From NCBI GenBank assembly GCA_964057225.1, contig OZ059897.1:1984001-2048000 (forward strand): a stretch of DNA of 64,000 nucleotides, read 5' to 3'. The position numbers and the translations under genes are program-made. Below, one piece after another: positions 27,028-39,944 of the stretch. The notes under the pieces were generated by a model. The model did not search any database. It was not told the origin of the DNA and saw only the letters and a list, made by a program, of their open reading frames with translations. This DNA is from Auanema rhodensis. Taxonomy: Eukaryota; Animalia; Nematoda. Each line of letters opens with the position of its first letter. Position 1 is the stretch's first letter.

Positions 27028-28579
27028 TTAAGCTGCGTCGATCTGTGTTATCAGATTTGAGTTAGCTTAAAAATGCACCGAGATATCAACTGATATATGT
27101 TCACACTTATATCCTCGATTTTCACCCTGAAGAAATGATTTTTTCGTTGAAAAACATTGTCCATCGTCTTTGCCTTGAAAAAAGGAATCTAAAAACATTT
27201 ACTTTTTGTGAAATTATTTAGAAATTTTTCGGGAAAATTTTTGTCAAAATGTTTTTGGAAGCAATGTTGAGTGTACGTGGGAACTCAACATACACTAATG
27301 CATTATTTTTCAAACGATAATAACTTATTTTTGTATAGAGCGTTTCTCAATGTAGTATAGTGCATTCGATGCGGATTTTTAAGCTGCGTCGATCTGTGTT
27401 ATCAGATTTGAGTTAGCTTAAAAATGCACCGAGATATCAACTGATATATGTTCACACTTATATCCTCGATTTTCACCCTGAAGAAATGATTTTTTCGTTG
27501 AAAAACATTGTCCATCGTCTTTGCCTTGAAAAAAGGAATCTAAAAACATCTACTTTTTGTGAAATTATTTAGAAATTTTTCGGGAAAATTTTTGTCAAAA
27601 TGTTTTTGGAAGCAATGTTGAGTGTACATGGGAACTCAACATACACTAATGCATTATTTTTCAAACGATCATAACTAATTTCTGTAAATAGCGTTTCTCG
27701 ATGTAGTATAATGCATTCGATGCGGATTTTTAAGCTGCGTCGATCTGTGTTATCAGATTTGAGTTAGCTTAAAAATGCACCGAGATATCAACTGATATAT
27801 GTTCACACTTATATCCTCGATTTTCATCCTGAAGAAATGATTTTTTCGTTGAAAAACATTGTCCATCGTCTTTGCCTTGAAAAAAGGAATCTAAAAACAT
27901 TTACTTTTTGTGAAATTATTTAGAAATTTTTCGGGAAAATTTTTGTCAAAATGTTTTTGGAAGCAATGTTGAGTGTACATGGGAACTCAACATACACTAA
28001 TGCATTATTTTTCAAACGATAATAACTTATTTTTGTATAGAGCGTTTCTCAATGTAGTATAGTGCATTCGATGCGGATTTTTAAGCTGCGTCGATCTGTG
28101 TTATCAGATTTGAGTTAGCTTAAAAATGCACCGAGATATCAACTGATATATGTTCACACTTATATCCTCGATTTTCACCCTGAAGAAATGATTTTTTCGT
28201 TGAAAAACATTGTCCATCGTCTTTGCCTTGAAAAAAGGAATCTAAAAACATTTATTTTTTGTGAAATTATTTAGAAATTTTTCGGGAAAATTTTTGTCAA
28301 AATGTTTTTGGAAGCAATGTTGAGTGTACATAGGAACTCAACATACACTAATGCATTATTTTTCAAACGATCATAACTAATTTTTCTAAATAGCGTTTCT
28401 CGATGTAGTATAGTGCATTCGATGCGGATTTTTAAGCTGCGTTGATCTGTGTTATCAGATTTGAGTTAACTTAAAAATGCACCGAGATATCAACTGATAT
28501 AGGTTCACACTTATATCCTCGATTTTCACCCTGCAGAAATGATTTTTTCGTTGAAAAACATTGTCTATCGTCTTCGTCA

Positions 28580-31500
28580 TGAAAAAAGGAATCTAAAAAC
28601 ATCTACTTTTTGTGAAATTATTCAGAAAATTTTCGGGAAAACTTTTGTCAAAATGTTTTTGGAAGCAATGTTGAGTGTACATGGGAACTCAACATACACT
28701 AATGCATTATTTTTCAAACGATCATAACTAATTTTTCTAAATAGCGTTTCTCGATGTAGTATAGTGCATTCGATGCGGATTTTTAAGCTGCGTTGATCTG
28801 TGTTATCAGATTTGAGTTAACTTAAAAATTCACCGAGATATCAACTGATATAGGTTCACACTTATATCCTCGATTTTCACCCTGCAGAAATGATTTTTTC
28901 GTTGAAAAACATTGTCTATCGTCTTCGTCATGAAAAAAGGAATCTAAAAACATCTACTTTTTGTGAAATTATTCAGAAAATTTTCGGGAAAACTTTTGTC
29001 AAAATGTTTTTGGAAGCAATGTTGAGTGTACATGGGAACTCAACATACACTAATGCATTATTTTTCAAACGATCATAACTTATTTTTGTATAGAGCGTTT
29101 CTCAATGTAGTATAGTGCATTCGATGCGGATTTTTAAGCTGCGTCGATCTGTGTTATCAGATTTGAGCTAGCTTAAAAATGCACCGAGATATCAACTGAT
29201 ATATGTTCACACTTATATCCTCGATTTTCACCCTGAAGAAATGATTTTTTGGTTGAAAAACATTGTCCATCGTCTTCGTCTTGAAAAAAGGAATCTAAAA
29301 ACACCTACTTTTTGTGAAATTATTTAGAAATTTTTCGGGAAAATTTTTGTCAAAATGTTTTTGGAAGCAATGTTGAGTGTACATGGGAACACAACATACA
29401 CTAATGCATTATTTTTCAAACGATCATAACTTATTTTTGTATAGAGCGTTTCTTAATGTAGTATAGTGCATTCGATGCGGATTTTTAAGCTGCGTCGATC
29501 TGTGTTATCAGATTTGAGTTAACTTAAAAATGCACCGAGATATCAACTGATATAGGTTCACACTTATATCCTCGATTTTCACCCTGCAGAAATGATTTTT
29601 TCGTTGAAAAACATTGTCTATCGTCTTCGTCATGAAAAAAGGAATCTAAAAACATCTACTTTTTGTGAAATTATTCAGAAAATTTTCGGGAAAACTTTTG
29701 TCAAAATGTTTTTGGAAGCAATGTTGAGTGTACATGGGAACTCAACATACACTAATGCATTATTTTTCAAACGATCATAACTAATTTCTGTAAATAGCGT
29801 TTCTCAATGTAGTATAGTGCATTCGATGCGGATTTTTAAGCTGCGTCGATCTGTGTTATCAGATTTGAGTTAGCTTAAAAATGCACCGAGTTATCAACTG
29901 ATATATGTTCACACTTATATCCTCGATTTCCACCCTGAAGAAATGATTTTTTCGTTGAAAAACATTGTCCATCGTCTTTGCCTTGAAAAAAGGAATCTAA
30001 AAACATTTACTTTTTGTGAAATTATTTAGAAATTTTTCGGGAAAATTTTTGTCAAAATGTTTTTGGAAGCAATGTTGAGTGTACATGGGAACTCAACATA
30101 CACTAATGCATTATTTTTCAAACGATAATAACTTATTTTTGTATAGAGCGTTTTTCAATGTAGTATAGTGCATTCGATGCGGATTTTTAAGCTGCGTCGA
30201 TCTGTGTTATCAGATTTGAGTTAGCTTAAAAATGCACCGAGATATCAACTGATATATGTTCACACTTATATCCTCGATTTTCACCCTGAAGAAATGATTT
30301 TTTCGTTGAAAAACATTGTCCATCGTCTTTGCCTTGAAAAAAGGAATCTAAAAACATTTACTTTTTGTGAAATTATTTAGAAATTTTTCGGGAAAATTTT
30401 TGTCAAAATGTTTTTGGAAGCAATGTTGAGTGTACATGGGAACTCAACATACACTAATGCATTATTTTTCAAACGATCATAACTTATTTTTGTATAGAGC
30501 GTTTCTCAATTTAGTATAGTGCATTCGATGCGGATTTTTAAGCTGCGTCGATCTGTGTTATCAGATTTGAGCTAGCTTAAAAATGCACCGAGATATCAAC
30601 TGATATATGTTCACACTTATATCCTCGATTTTCACCCTGAAGAAATGATTTTTTAGTTGAAAAACATTGTCCATCGTCTTCGTCTTGAAAAAAGGAATCT
30701 AAAAACACCTACTTTTTGTGAAATTATTTAGAAATTTTTCGGGAAAATTTTTGTCAAAATGTTTTTGGAAGCAATGTTGAGTGTACATGGGAACTCAACA
30801 TACACTAATGCATTATTTTTCAAACGATCATAACTTATTTTTGTATAGAGCGTTTCTCAATGTAGTATAGTGCATTCGATGCGGATTTTTAAGCTGCGTC
30901 GATCTGTGTTATCAGATTTGAGTTAGTTTAAAAATGCACCGAGATATCAACTGATATATGTTCACACTTATATCCTCGATTTTCACCCTGAAGAAATGAT
31001 TTTTTCGTTGAATAACATTGTCCATCGTCTTTGTCTTGAAAAAAGAAATCTAAAAACATCTACTTTTTGTGAAATTATTTAGAAATTTTTCGGGAAAATT
31101 TTTGTCAAAATGTTTTTGGAAGCAATGTTGAGTGTACATGGGAACTCAACATACACTAATGCATTATTTTTCAAACGATCATAACTAATTTCTGTAAATA
31201 GCGTTTCTCGATGTAGTATAATGCATTCGATGCGGATTTTTAAGCTGCGTCGATCTGTGTTATCAGATTTGAGTTAGCTTAAAAATGCACCGAGATATCA
31301 ACTGATATATGTTCACACTTATATCCTCGATTTTCACCCTGAAGAAATGATTTTTTCGTTGAAAAACATTGTCCATCGTCTTTGCCTTGAAAAAAGGAAT
31401 CTAAAAACATTTACTTTTTGTGAAATTATTTAGAAATTTTTCGGGAAAATTTTTGTCAAAATGTTTTTGGAAGCAATGTTGAGTGTACATGGGAACTCAA

Positions 31501-34500
31501 CATACACTAATGCATTATTTTTCAAACGATAATAACTTATTTTTGTATAGAGCGTTTCTCAATGTAGTATAGTGCATTCGATGCGGATTTTTAAGCTGCG
31601 TCGATCTGTGTTATCAGATTTGAGTTAGCTTAAAAATGCACCGAGATATCAACTGATATATGTTCACACTTATATCCTCGATTTTCACCCTGAAGAAATG
31701 ATTTTTTCGTTGAAAAACATTGTCCATCGTCTTTGCCTTGAAAAAAGGAATCTAAAAACATTTACTTTTTGTGAAATTATTTAGAAATTTTTCGGGAAAA
31801 TTTTTGTCAAAATGTTTTTGGAAGCAATGTTGAGTGTACATGGGAACTCAACATACACTAATGCATTATTTTTCAAACGATAATAACTTATTTTTGTATA
31901 GAGCGTTTTTCAATGTAGTATAGTGCATTCGATGCGGATTTTTAAGCTGCGTCGATCTGTGTTATCAGATTTGAGTTAGCTTAAAAATGCACCGAGATAT
32001 CAACTGATATATGTTCACACTTATATCCTCGATTTTCACCCTGAAGAAATGATTTTTTCGTTGAAAAACATTGTCTATCGTCTTCGTCATGAAAAAAGGA
32101 ATCTAAAAACATCTACTTTTTGTGAAATTATTTAGAAATTTTTCGGGAAAATTTTTGTCAAAATGTTTTTGGAAGCAATGTTGAGTGTACATGGGAACTC
32201 AACATACACTAATGCATTATTTTTCAAACGATAATAACTTATTTTTGTATAGAGCGTTTTTCAATGTAGTATAGTGCATTCGATGCGGATTTTTAAGCTG
32301 CGTCGATCTGTGTTATCAGATTTGAGTTAGCTTAAAAATGCACCGAGATATCAACCGATATAGGTTCACACTTATATCCTCGATTTTCACCCTGCAGAAA
32401 TGATTTTTTCGTTGAAAAACATTGTCTATCGTCTTTGCCTTGAAAAAAGGAATCTAAAAACATCTACTTTTTGTGAAATTATTCAGAAAATTTTCGGGAA
32501 AACTTTTGTCAAAATGTTTTTGGAAGCAATGTTGAGTGTACATGGGAACTCAACATACACTAATGCATTATTTTTCAAACGATCATAACTAATTTTTCTA
32601 AATAGCGTTTCTCGATGTAGTATAGTGCATTCGATGCGGATTTTTAAGCTGCGTTGATCTGTGTTATCAGATTTGAGTTAACTTAAAAATTCACCGAGAT
32701 ATCAACTGATATAGGTTCACACTTATATCCTCGATTTTCACCCTGCAGAAATGATTTTTTCGTTGAAAAACATTGTCTATCGTCTTCGTCATGAAAAAAG
32801 GAATCTAAAAACATCTACTTTTTGTGAAATTATTCAGAAAATTTTCGGGAAAACTTTTGTCAAAATGTTTTTGGAAGCAATGTTGAGTGTACATGGGAAC
32901 TCAACATACACTAATGCATTATTTTTCAAACGATCATAACTTATTTTTGTATAGAGCGTTTCTCAATGTAGTATAGTGCATTCGATGCGGATTTTTAAGC
33001 TGCGTCGATCTGTGTTATCAGATTTGAGCTAGCTTAAAAATGCACCGAGATATCAACTGATATATGTTCACACTTATATCCTCGATTTTCACCCTGAAGA
33101 AATGATTTTTTGGTTGAAAAACATTGTCCATCGTCTTCGTCTTGAAAAAAGGAATCTAAAAACACCTACTTTTTGTGAAATTATTTAGAAATTTTTCGGG
33201 AAAATTTTTGTCAAAATGTTTTTGGAAGCAATGTTGAGTGTACATGGGAACACAACATACACTAATGCATTATTTTTCAAACGATCATAACTTATTTTTG
33301 TATAGAGCGTTTCTTAATGTAGTATAGTGCATTCGATGCGGATTTTTAAGCTGCGTCGATCTGTGTTATCAGATTTGAGTTAACTTAAAAATGCACCGAG
33401 ATATCAACTGATATAGGTTCACACTTATATCCTCGATTTTCACCCTGCAGAAATGATTTTTTCGTTGAAAAACATTGTCTATCGTCTTCGTCATGAAAAA
33501 AGGAATCTAAAAACATCTACTTTTTGTGAAATTATTCAGAAAATTTTCGGGAAAACTTTTGTCAAAATGTTTTTGGAAGCAATGTTGAGTGTACATGGGA
33601 ACTCAACATACACTAATGCATTATTTTTCAAACGATCATAACTAATTTCTGTAAATAGCGTTTCTCAATGTAGTATAGTGCATTCGATGCGGATTTTTAA
33701 GCTGCGTCGATCTGTGTTATCAGATTTGAGTTAGCTTAAAAATGCACCGAGTTATCAACTGATATATGTTCACACTTATATCCTCGATTTCCACCCTGAA
33801 GAAATGATTTTTTCGTTGAAAAACATTGTCCATCGTCTTTGCCTTGAAAAAAGGAATCTAAAAACATTTACTTTTTGTGAAATTATTTAGAAATTTTTCG
33901 GGAAAATTTTTGTCAAAATGTTTTTGGAAGCAATGTTGAGTGTACATGGGAACTCAACATACACTAATGCATTATTTTTCAAACGATAATAACTTATTTT
34001 TGTATAGAGCGTTTTTCAATGTAGTATAGTGCATTCGATGCGGATTTTTAAGCTGCGTCGATCTGTGTTATCAGATTTGAGTTAGCTTAAAAATGCACCG
34101 AGATATCAACTGATATATGTTCACACTTATATCCTCGATTTTCACCCTGAAGAAATGATTTTTTCGTTGAAAAACATTGTCCATCGTCTTTGCCTTGAAA
34201 AAAGGAATCTAAAAACATTTACTTTTTGTGAAATTATTTAGAAATTTTTCGGGAAAATTTTTGTCAAAATGTTTTTGGAAGCAATGTTGAGTGTACATGG
34301 GAACTCAACATACACTAATGCATTATTTTTCAAACGATCATAACTTATTTTTGTATAGAGCGTTTCTCAATTTAGTATAGTGCATTCGATGCGGATTTTT
34401 AAGCTGCGTCGATCTGTGTTATCAGATTTGAGCTAGCTTAAAAATGCACCGAGATATCAACTGATATATGTTCACACTTATATCCTCGATTTTCACCCTG

Positions 34501-36320
34501 AAGAAATGATTTTTTAGTTGAAAAACATTGTCCATCGTCTTCGTCTTGAAAAAAGGAATCTAAAAACACCTACTTTTTGTGAAATTATTTAGAAATTTTT
34601 CGGGAAAATTTTTGTCAAAATGTTTTTGGAAGCAATGTTGAGTGTACATGGGAACTCAACATACACTAATGCATTATTTTTCAAACGATCATAACTTATT
34701 TTTGTATAGAGCGTTTCTCAATGTAGTATAGTGCATTCGATGCGGATTTTTAAGCTGCGTCGATCTGTGTTATCAGATTTGAGTTAGTTTAAAAATGCAC
34801 CGAGATATCAACTGATATATGTTCACACTTATATCCTCGATTTTCACCCTGAAGAAATGATTTTTTCGTTGAATAACATTGTCCATCGTCTTTGTCTTGA
34901 AAAAAGAAATCTAAAAACATCTACTTTTTGTGAAATTATTTAGAAATTTTTCGGGAAAATTTTTGTCAAAATGTTTTTGGAAGCAATGTTGAGTGTACAT
35001 GGGAACTCAACATACACTAATGCATTATTTTTCAAACGATCATAACTAATTTCTGTAAATAGCGTTTCTCGATGTAGTATAATGCATTCGATGCGGATTT
35101 TTAAGCTGCGTCGATCTGTGTTATCAGATTTGAGTTAGCTTAAAAATGCACCGAGATATCAACTGATATATGTTCACACTTATATCCTCGATTTTCACCC
35201 TGAAGAAATGATTTTTTCGTTGAAAAACATTGTCCATCGTCTTTGCCTTGAAAAAAGGAATCTAAAAACATTTACTTTTTGTGAAATTATTTAGAAATTT
35301 TTCGGGAAAATTTTTGTCAAAATGTTTTTGGAAGCAATGTTGAGTGTACATGGGAACTCAACATACACTAATGCATTATTTTTCAAACGATAATAACTTA
35401 TTTTTGTATAGAGCGTTTCTCAATGTAGTATAGTGCATTCGATGCGGATTTTTAAGCTGCGTCGATCTGTGTTATCAGATTTGAGTTAGCTTAAAAATGC
35501 ACCGAGATATCAACTGATATATGTTCACACTTATATCCTCGATTTTCACCCTGAAGAAATGATTTTTTCGTTGAAAAACATTGTCCATCGTCTTTGCCTT
35601 GAAAAAAGGAATCTAAAAACATTTACTTTTTGTGAAATTATTTAGAAATTTTTCGGGAAAATTTTTGTCAAAATGTTTTTGGAAGCAATGTTGAGTGTAC
35701 ATGGGAACTCAACATACACTAATGCATTATTTTTCAAACGATAATAACTTATTTTTGTATAGAGCGTTTTTCAATGTAGTATAGTGCATTCGATGCGGAT
35801 TTTTAAGCTGCGTCGATCTGTGTTATCAGATTTGAGTTAGCTTAAAAATGCACCGAGATATCAACTGATATATGTTCACACTTATATCCTCGATTTTCAC
35901 CCTGAAGAAATGATTTTTTCGTTGAAAAACATTGTCTATCGTCTTCGTCATGAAAAAAGGAATCTAAAAACATCTACTTTTTGTGAAATTATTTAGAAAT
36001 TTTTCGGGAAAATTTTTGTCAAAATGTTTTTGGAAGCAATGTTGAGTGTACATGGGAACTCAACATACACTAATGCATTATTTTTCAAACGATAATAACT
36101 TATTTTTGTATAGAGCGTTTTTCAATGTAGTATAGTGCATTCGATGCGGATTTTTAAGCTGCGTCGATCTGTGTTATCAGATTTGAGTTAGCTTAAAAAT
36201 GCACCGAGATATCAACCGATATAGGTTCACACTTATATCCTCGATTTTCACCCTGCAGAAATGATTTTTTCGTTGAAAAACATTGTCTATCGTCTTTGCC
36301 TTGAAAAAAGGAATCTAAAA
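28580..36320. repeat. Tandem 11-monomer duplication (3861 bp unit)
   Basis: Private markers GAACACAAC, GAGTTATCA/GATTTCCACC, CAATTTAG, TTAGTTTA and CAACCGAT each occur twice, 3861 bp apart. ORF starts 28890/32751 and 29592/33453 also differ by 3861. Confidence 0.9.
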
Positions 36321-36434
36321 TGTTGAGTGTACATGGGAACTCAACATACACTAATGCATTATTTTTCAAACGATAATAACTTATTTTTGTATAGAGCGTT
36401 TTTCAATGTAGTATAGTGCATTCGATGCGGATTT
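36154..36434 (+). repeat. Truncated 281-bp monomer with a 70-bp internal deletion
   Basis: GAATCTAAAA is joined directly to TGTTGAGTGT at 36320/36321, so monomer pos 168-237 is missing, with AA microhomology. The register shift is confirmed by ORF spacing 33453 to 38648 = 15x351-70. Confidence 0.97.
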
Positions 36435-39400
36435 TTAAGCTGCGTCGATCTGTGTTATCAGATTTGAGCTAGCTTAAAAATGCACCGAGATATCAACTGA
36501 TATATGTTCACACTTATATCCTCGATTTTCACCCTGAAGAAATGATTTTTTAGTTGAAAAACATTGTCCATCGTCTTCGTTTTGAAAAAAGGAATCTAAA
36601 AACACCTACTTTTTGTGAAATTATTTAGAAATTTTTCGGGAAAATTTTTGTCAAAATGTTTTTGGAAGCAATGTTGAGTGTACATGGGAACTCAACATAC
36701 ACTAATGCATTATTTTTCAAACGATCATAACTTATTTTTGTATAGAGCGTTTCTCAATGTAGTATAGTGCATTCGATGCGGATTTTTAAGCTGCGTCGAT
36801 CTGTGTTATCAGATTTGAGTTAGCTTAAAAATGCACCGAGATATCAACTGATATATGTTCACACTTATATCCTCGATTTTCACCCTGAAGAAATGATTTT
36901 TTCGTTGAATAACATTGTCCATCGTCTTTGTCTTGAAAAAAGAAATCTAAAAACATCTACTTTTTGTGAAATTATTTAGAAATTTTTCGGGAAAATTTTT
37001 GTCAAAATGTTTTTGGAAGCAATGTTGAGTGTACATGGGAACTCAACATACACTAATGCATTATTTTTCAAACGATCATAACTAATTTCTGTAAATAGCG
37101 TTTCTCGATGTAGTATAGTGCATTCGATGCGAATTTTTAAGCTGCGTCGATCTGTGTTATCAGATTTGAGTTAGCTTAAAAATGCACCGAGATATCAACT
37201 GATATATGTTCACACTCATATCCTCGATTTTCACCCTGAAGAAATGATTTTTTCGTTGAAAAACATTGTCCATCGTCTTTGCCTTGAAAAAAGGAATCTA
37301 AAAACATTTACTTTTTGTGAAATTATTTAGAAATTTTTCGGGAAAATTTTTGTCAAAATGTTTTTGGAAGCAATGTTGAGTGTACATGGGAACTCAACAT
37401 ACACTAATGCATTATTTTTCAAACGATCATAACTTATTTTTGTATAGAGCGTTTCTCAATGTAGTATAGTGCATTCGATGCGGATTTTTAAGCTGCGTCG
37501 ATCTGTGTTATCAGATTTGAGCTAGCTTAAAAATGCACCGAGATATCAACTGATATATGTTCACACTTATATCCTCGATTTTCACCCTGAAGAAATGATT
37601 TTTTAGTTGAAAAACATTGTCCATCGTCTTCGTCTTGAAAAAAGGAATCTAAAAACACCTACTTTTTGTGAAATTATTTAGAAATTTTTCGGGAAAATTT
37701 TTGTCAAAATGTTTTTGGAAGCAATGTTGAGTGTACATGGGAACTCAACATACACTAATGCATTATTTTTCAAACGATCATAACTTATTTTTGTATAGAG
37801 CGTTTCTCAATGTAGTATAGTGCATTCGATGCGGATTTTTAAGCTGCGTCGATCTGTGTTATCAGATTTGAGTTAGCTTAAAAATGCACCGAGATATCAA
37901 CTGATATATGTTCACACTTATATCCTCGATTTTCACCCTGAAGAAATGATTTTTTCGTTGAATAACATTGTCCATCGTCTTTGCCTTGAAAAAAGAAATC
38001 TAAAAACATCTACTTTTTGTGAAATTATTTAGAAATTTTTCGGGAAAATTTTTGTCAAAATGTTTTTGGAAGCAATGTTGAGTGTACATGGGAACTCAAC
38101 ATACACTAATGCATTATTTTTCAAACGATCATAACTAATTTCTGTAAATAGCGTTTCTCGATGTAGTATAGTGCATTCGATGCGGATTTTTAAGCTGCGT
38201 CGATCTGTGTTATCAGATTTGAGTTAGCTTAAAAATGCACCGAGATATCAACTGATATATGTTCACACTTATATCCTCGATTTTCACCCTGAAGAAATGA
38301 TTTTTTGGTTGAAAAACATTGTCCATCGTCTTCGTCTTGAAAAAAGGAATCTAAAAACACCTACTTTTTGTGAAATTATTTAGAAATTTTTCGGGAAAAT
38401 TTTTGTCAAAATGTTTTTGGAAGCAATGTTGAGTGTACATGGGAACTCAACATACACTAATGCATTATTTTTCAAACGATCATAACAAATTTTTCTAAAT
38501 AGCGTTTCTCGATGTAGTATAGTGCATTCGATGCGGATTTTTAAGCTGCGTTGATCTGTGTTATCAGATTTGAGTTAACTTAAAAATGCACCGAGATATC
38601 AACTGATATATGTTCACACTTATATCCTCGATTTTCACCCTGCAGAAATGATTTTTTCGTTGAAAAACATTGTCTATCGTCTTCGTCATGAAAAAAGGAA
38701 TCTAAAAACATCTACTTTTTGTGAAATTATTCAGAAAATTTTCGGGAAAATTTTTGTCAAAATGTTTTTGGAAGCAATGTTGAGTGTACATGGGAACTCA
38801 ACATACACTAATGCATTATTTTTCAAACGATCATAACTAATTTTTGTATAGAGCGTTTCTCAATGTAGTATAGTGCATTCGATGCGGATTTTTAAGCTGC
38901 GTTGATCTGTGTTATCAGATTTGAGTTAGCTTAAAAATGCACCGAGATATCAACTGATATATGTTCACGCTTATATCCTCGATTTTCACACTGAAGAAAT
39001 GATTTTTTCGTTGAATAACATTGTCCATCGTCTTCGTCTTGAAAAAAGGAATCTAAAAACATCTACTTTTTGTGAAATTATTTATAAATTTTTCGGGAAA
39101 ATTTTTGTCAAAATGTTTTTGGAAGCAATGTTGAGTGTACATGGGAACTCAGCATACACTAATGCATTATTTTTCAAACGATCATAACTAATTTTTGTAT
39201 AGAGCGTTTCTCAATGTAGTATAGTGCATTCGATGCGGATTTTTAAGCTGCGTTGATCTGTGTTATCAGATTTGAGTTAGCTTAAAAATGCACCGAGATA
39301 TCAACTGATATATGTTCACACTTATATCCTCGATTTTCACCCTGAAGAAATGATTTTTTGGTTGAAAAACATTGTCCATCGTCTTCGTCTTGAAAAAAGG

Positions 39401-39944
39401 AATCTAAAAACACCTACTTTTCGTGAAATTATTTAGAAATTTTTCGGGAAAATTTTTGTCAAAATGTTTTTGGAAGCAATGTTGAGTGTACATGGGAACT
39501 CAACATACACTAATGCATTATTTTTCAAACGATCATAACTAATTTTTCTAAATAGCGTTTCTCGATGTAGTATAGTGCATTCGATGCGGATTTTTAAGCT
39601 GCGTTGATCTGTGTTATCAGATTTGAGTTAACTTAAAAATGCACCGAGATATCAACTGATATAGGTTCACACTTATATCCTCGATTTTCACCCTGCAGAA
39701 ATGATTTTTTCGTTGAAAAACATTGTCTATCGTCTTCGTCATGAAAAAAGGAATCTAAAAACATCTACTTTTTGTGAAATTATTCAGAAAATTTTCGGGA
39801 AAATTTTTGTCAAAATGTTTTTGGAAGCAATGTTGAGTGTACATGGGAACTCAACATACACTAATGCATTATTTTTCAAACGATCATAACTAATTTTTGT
39901 ATAGAGCGTTTCTCAATGTAGTATAGTGCATTCGATGCGGATTT

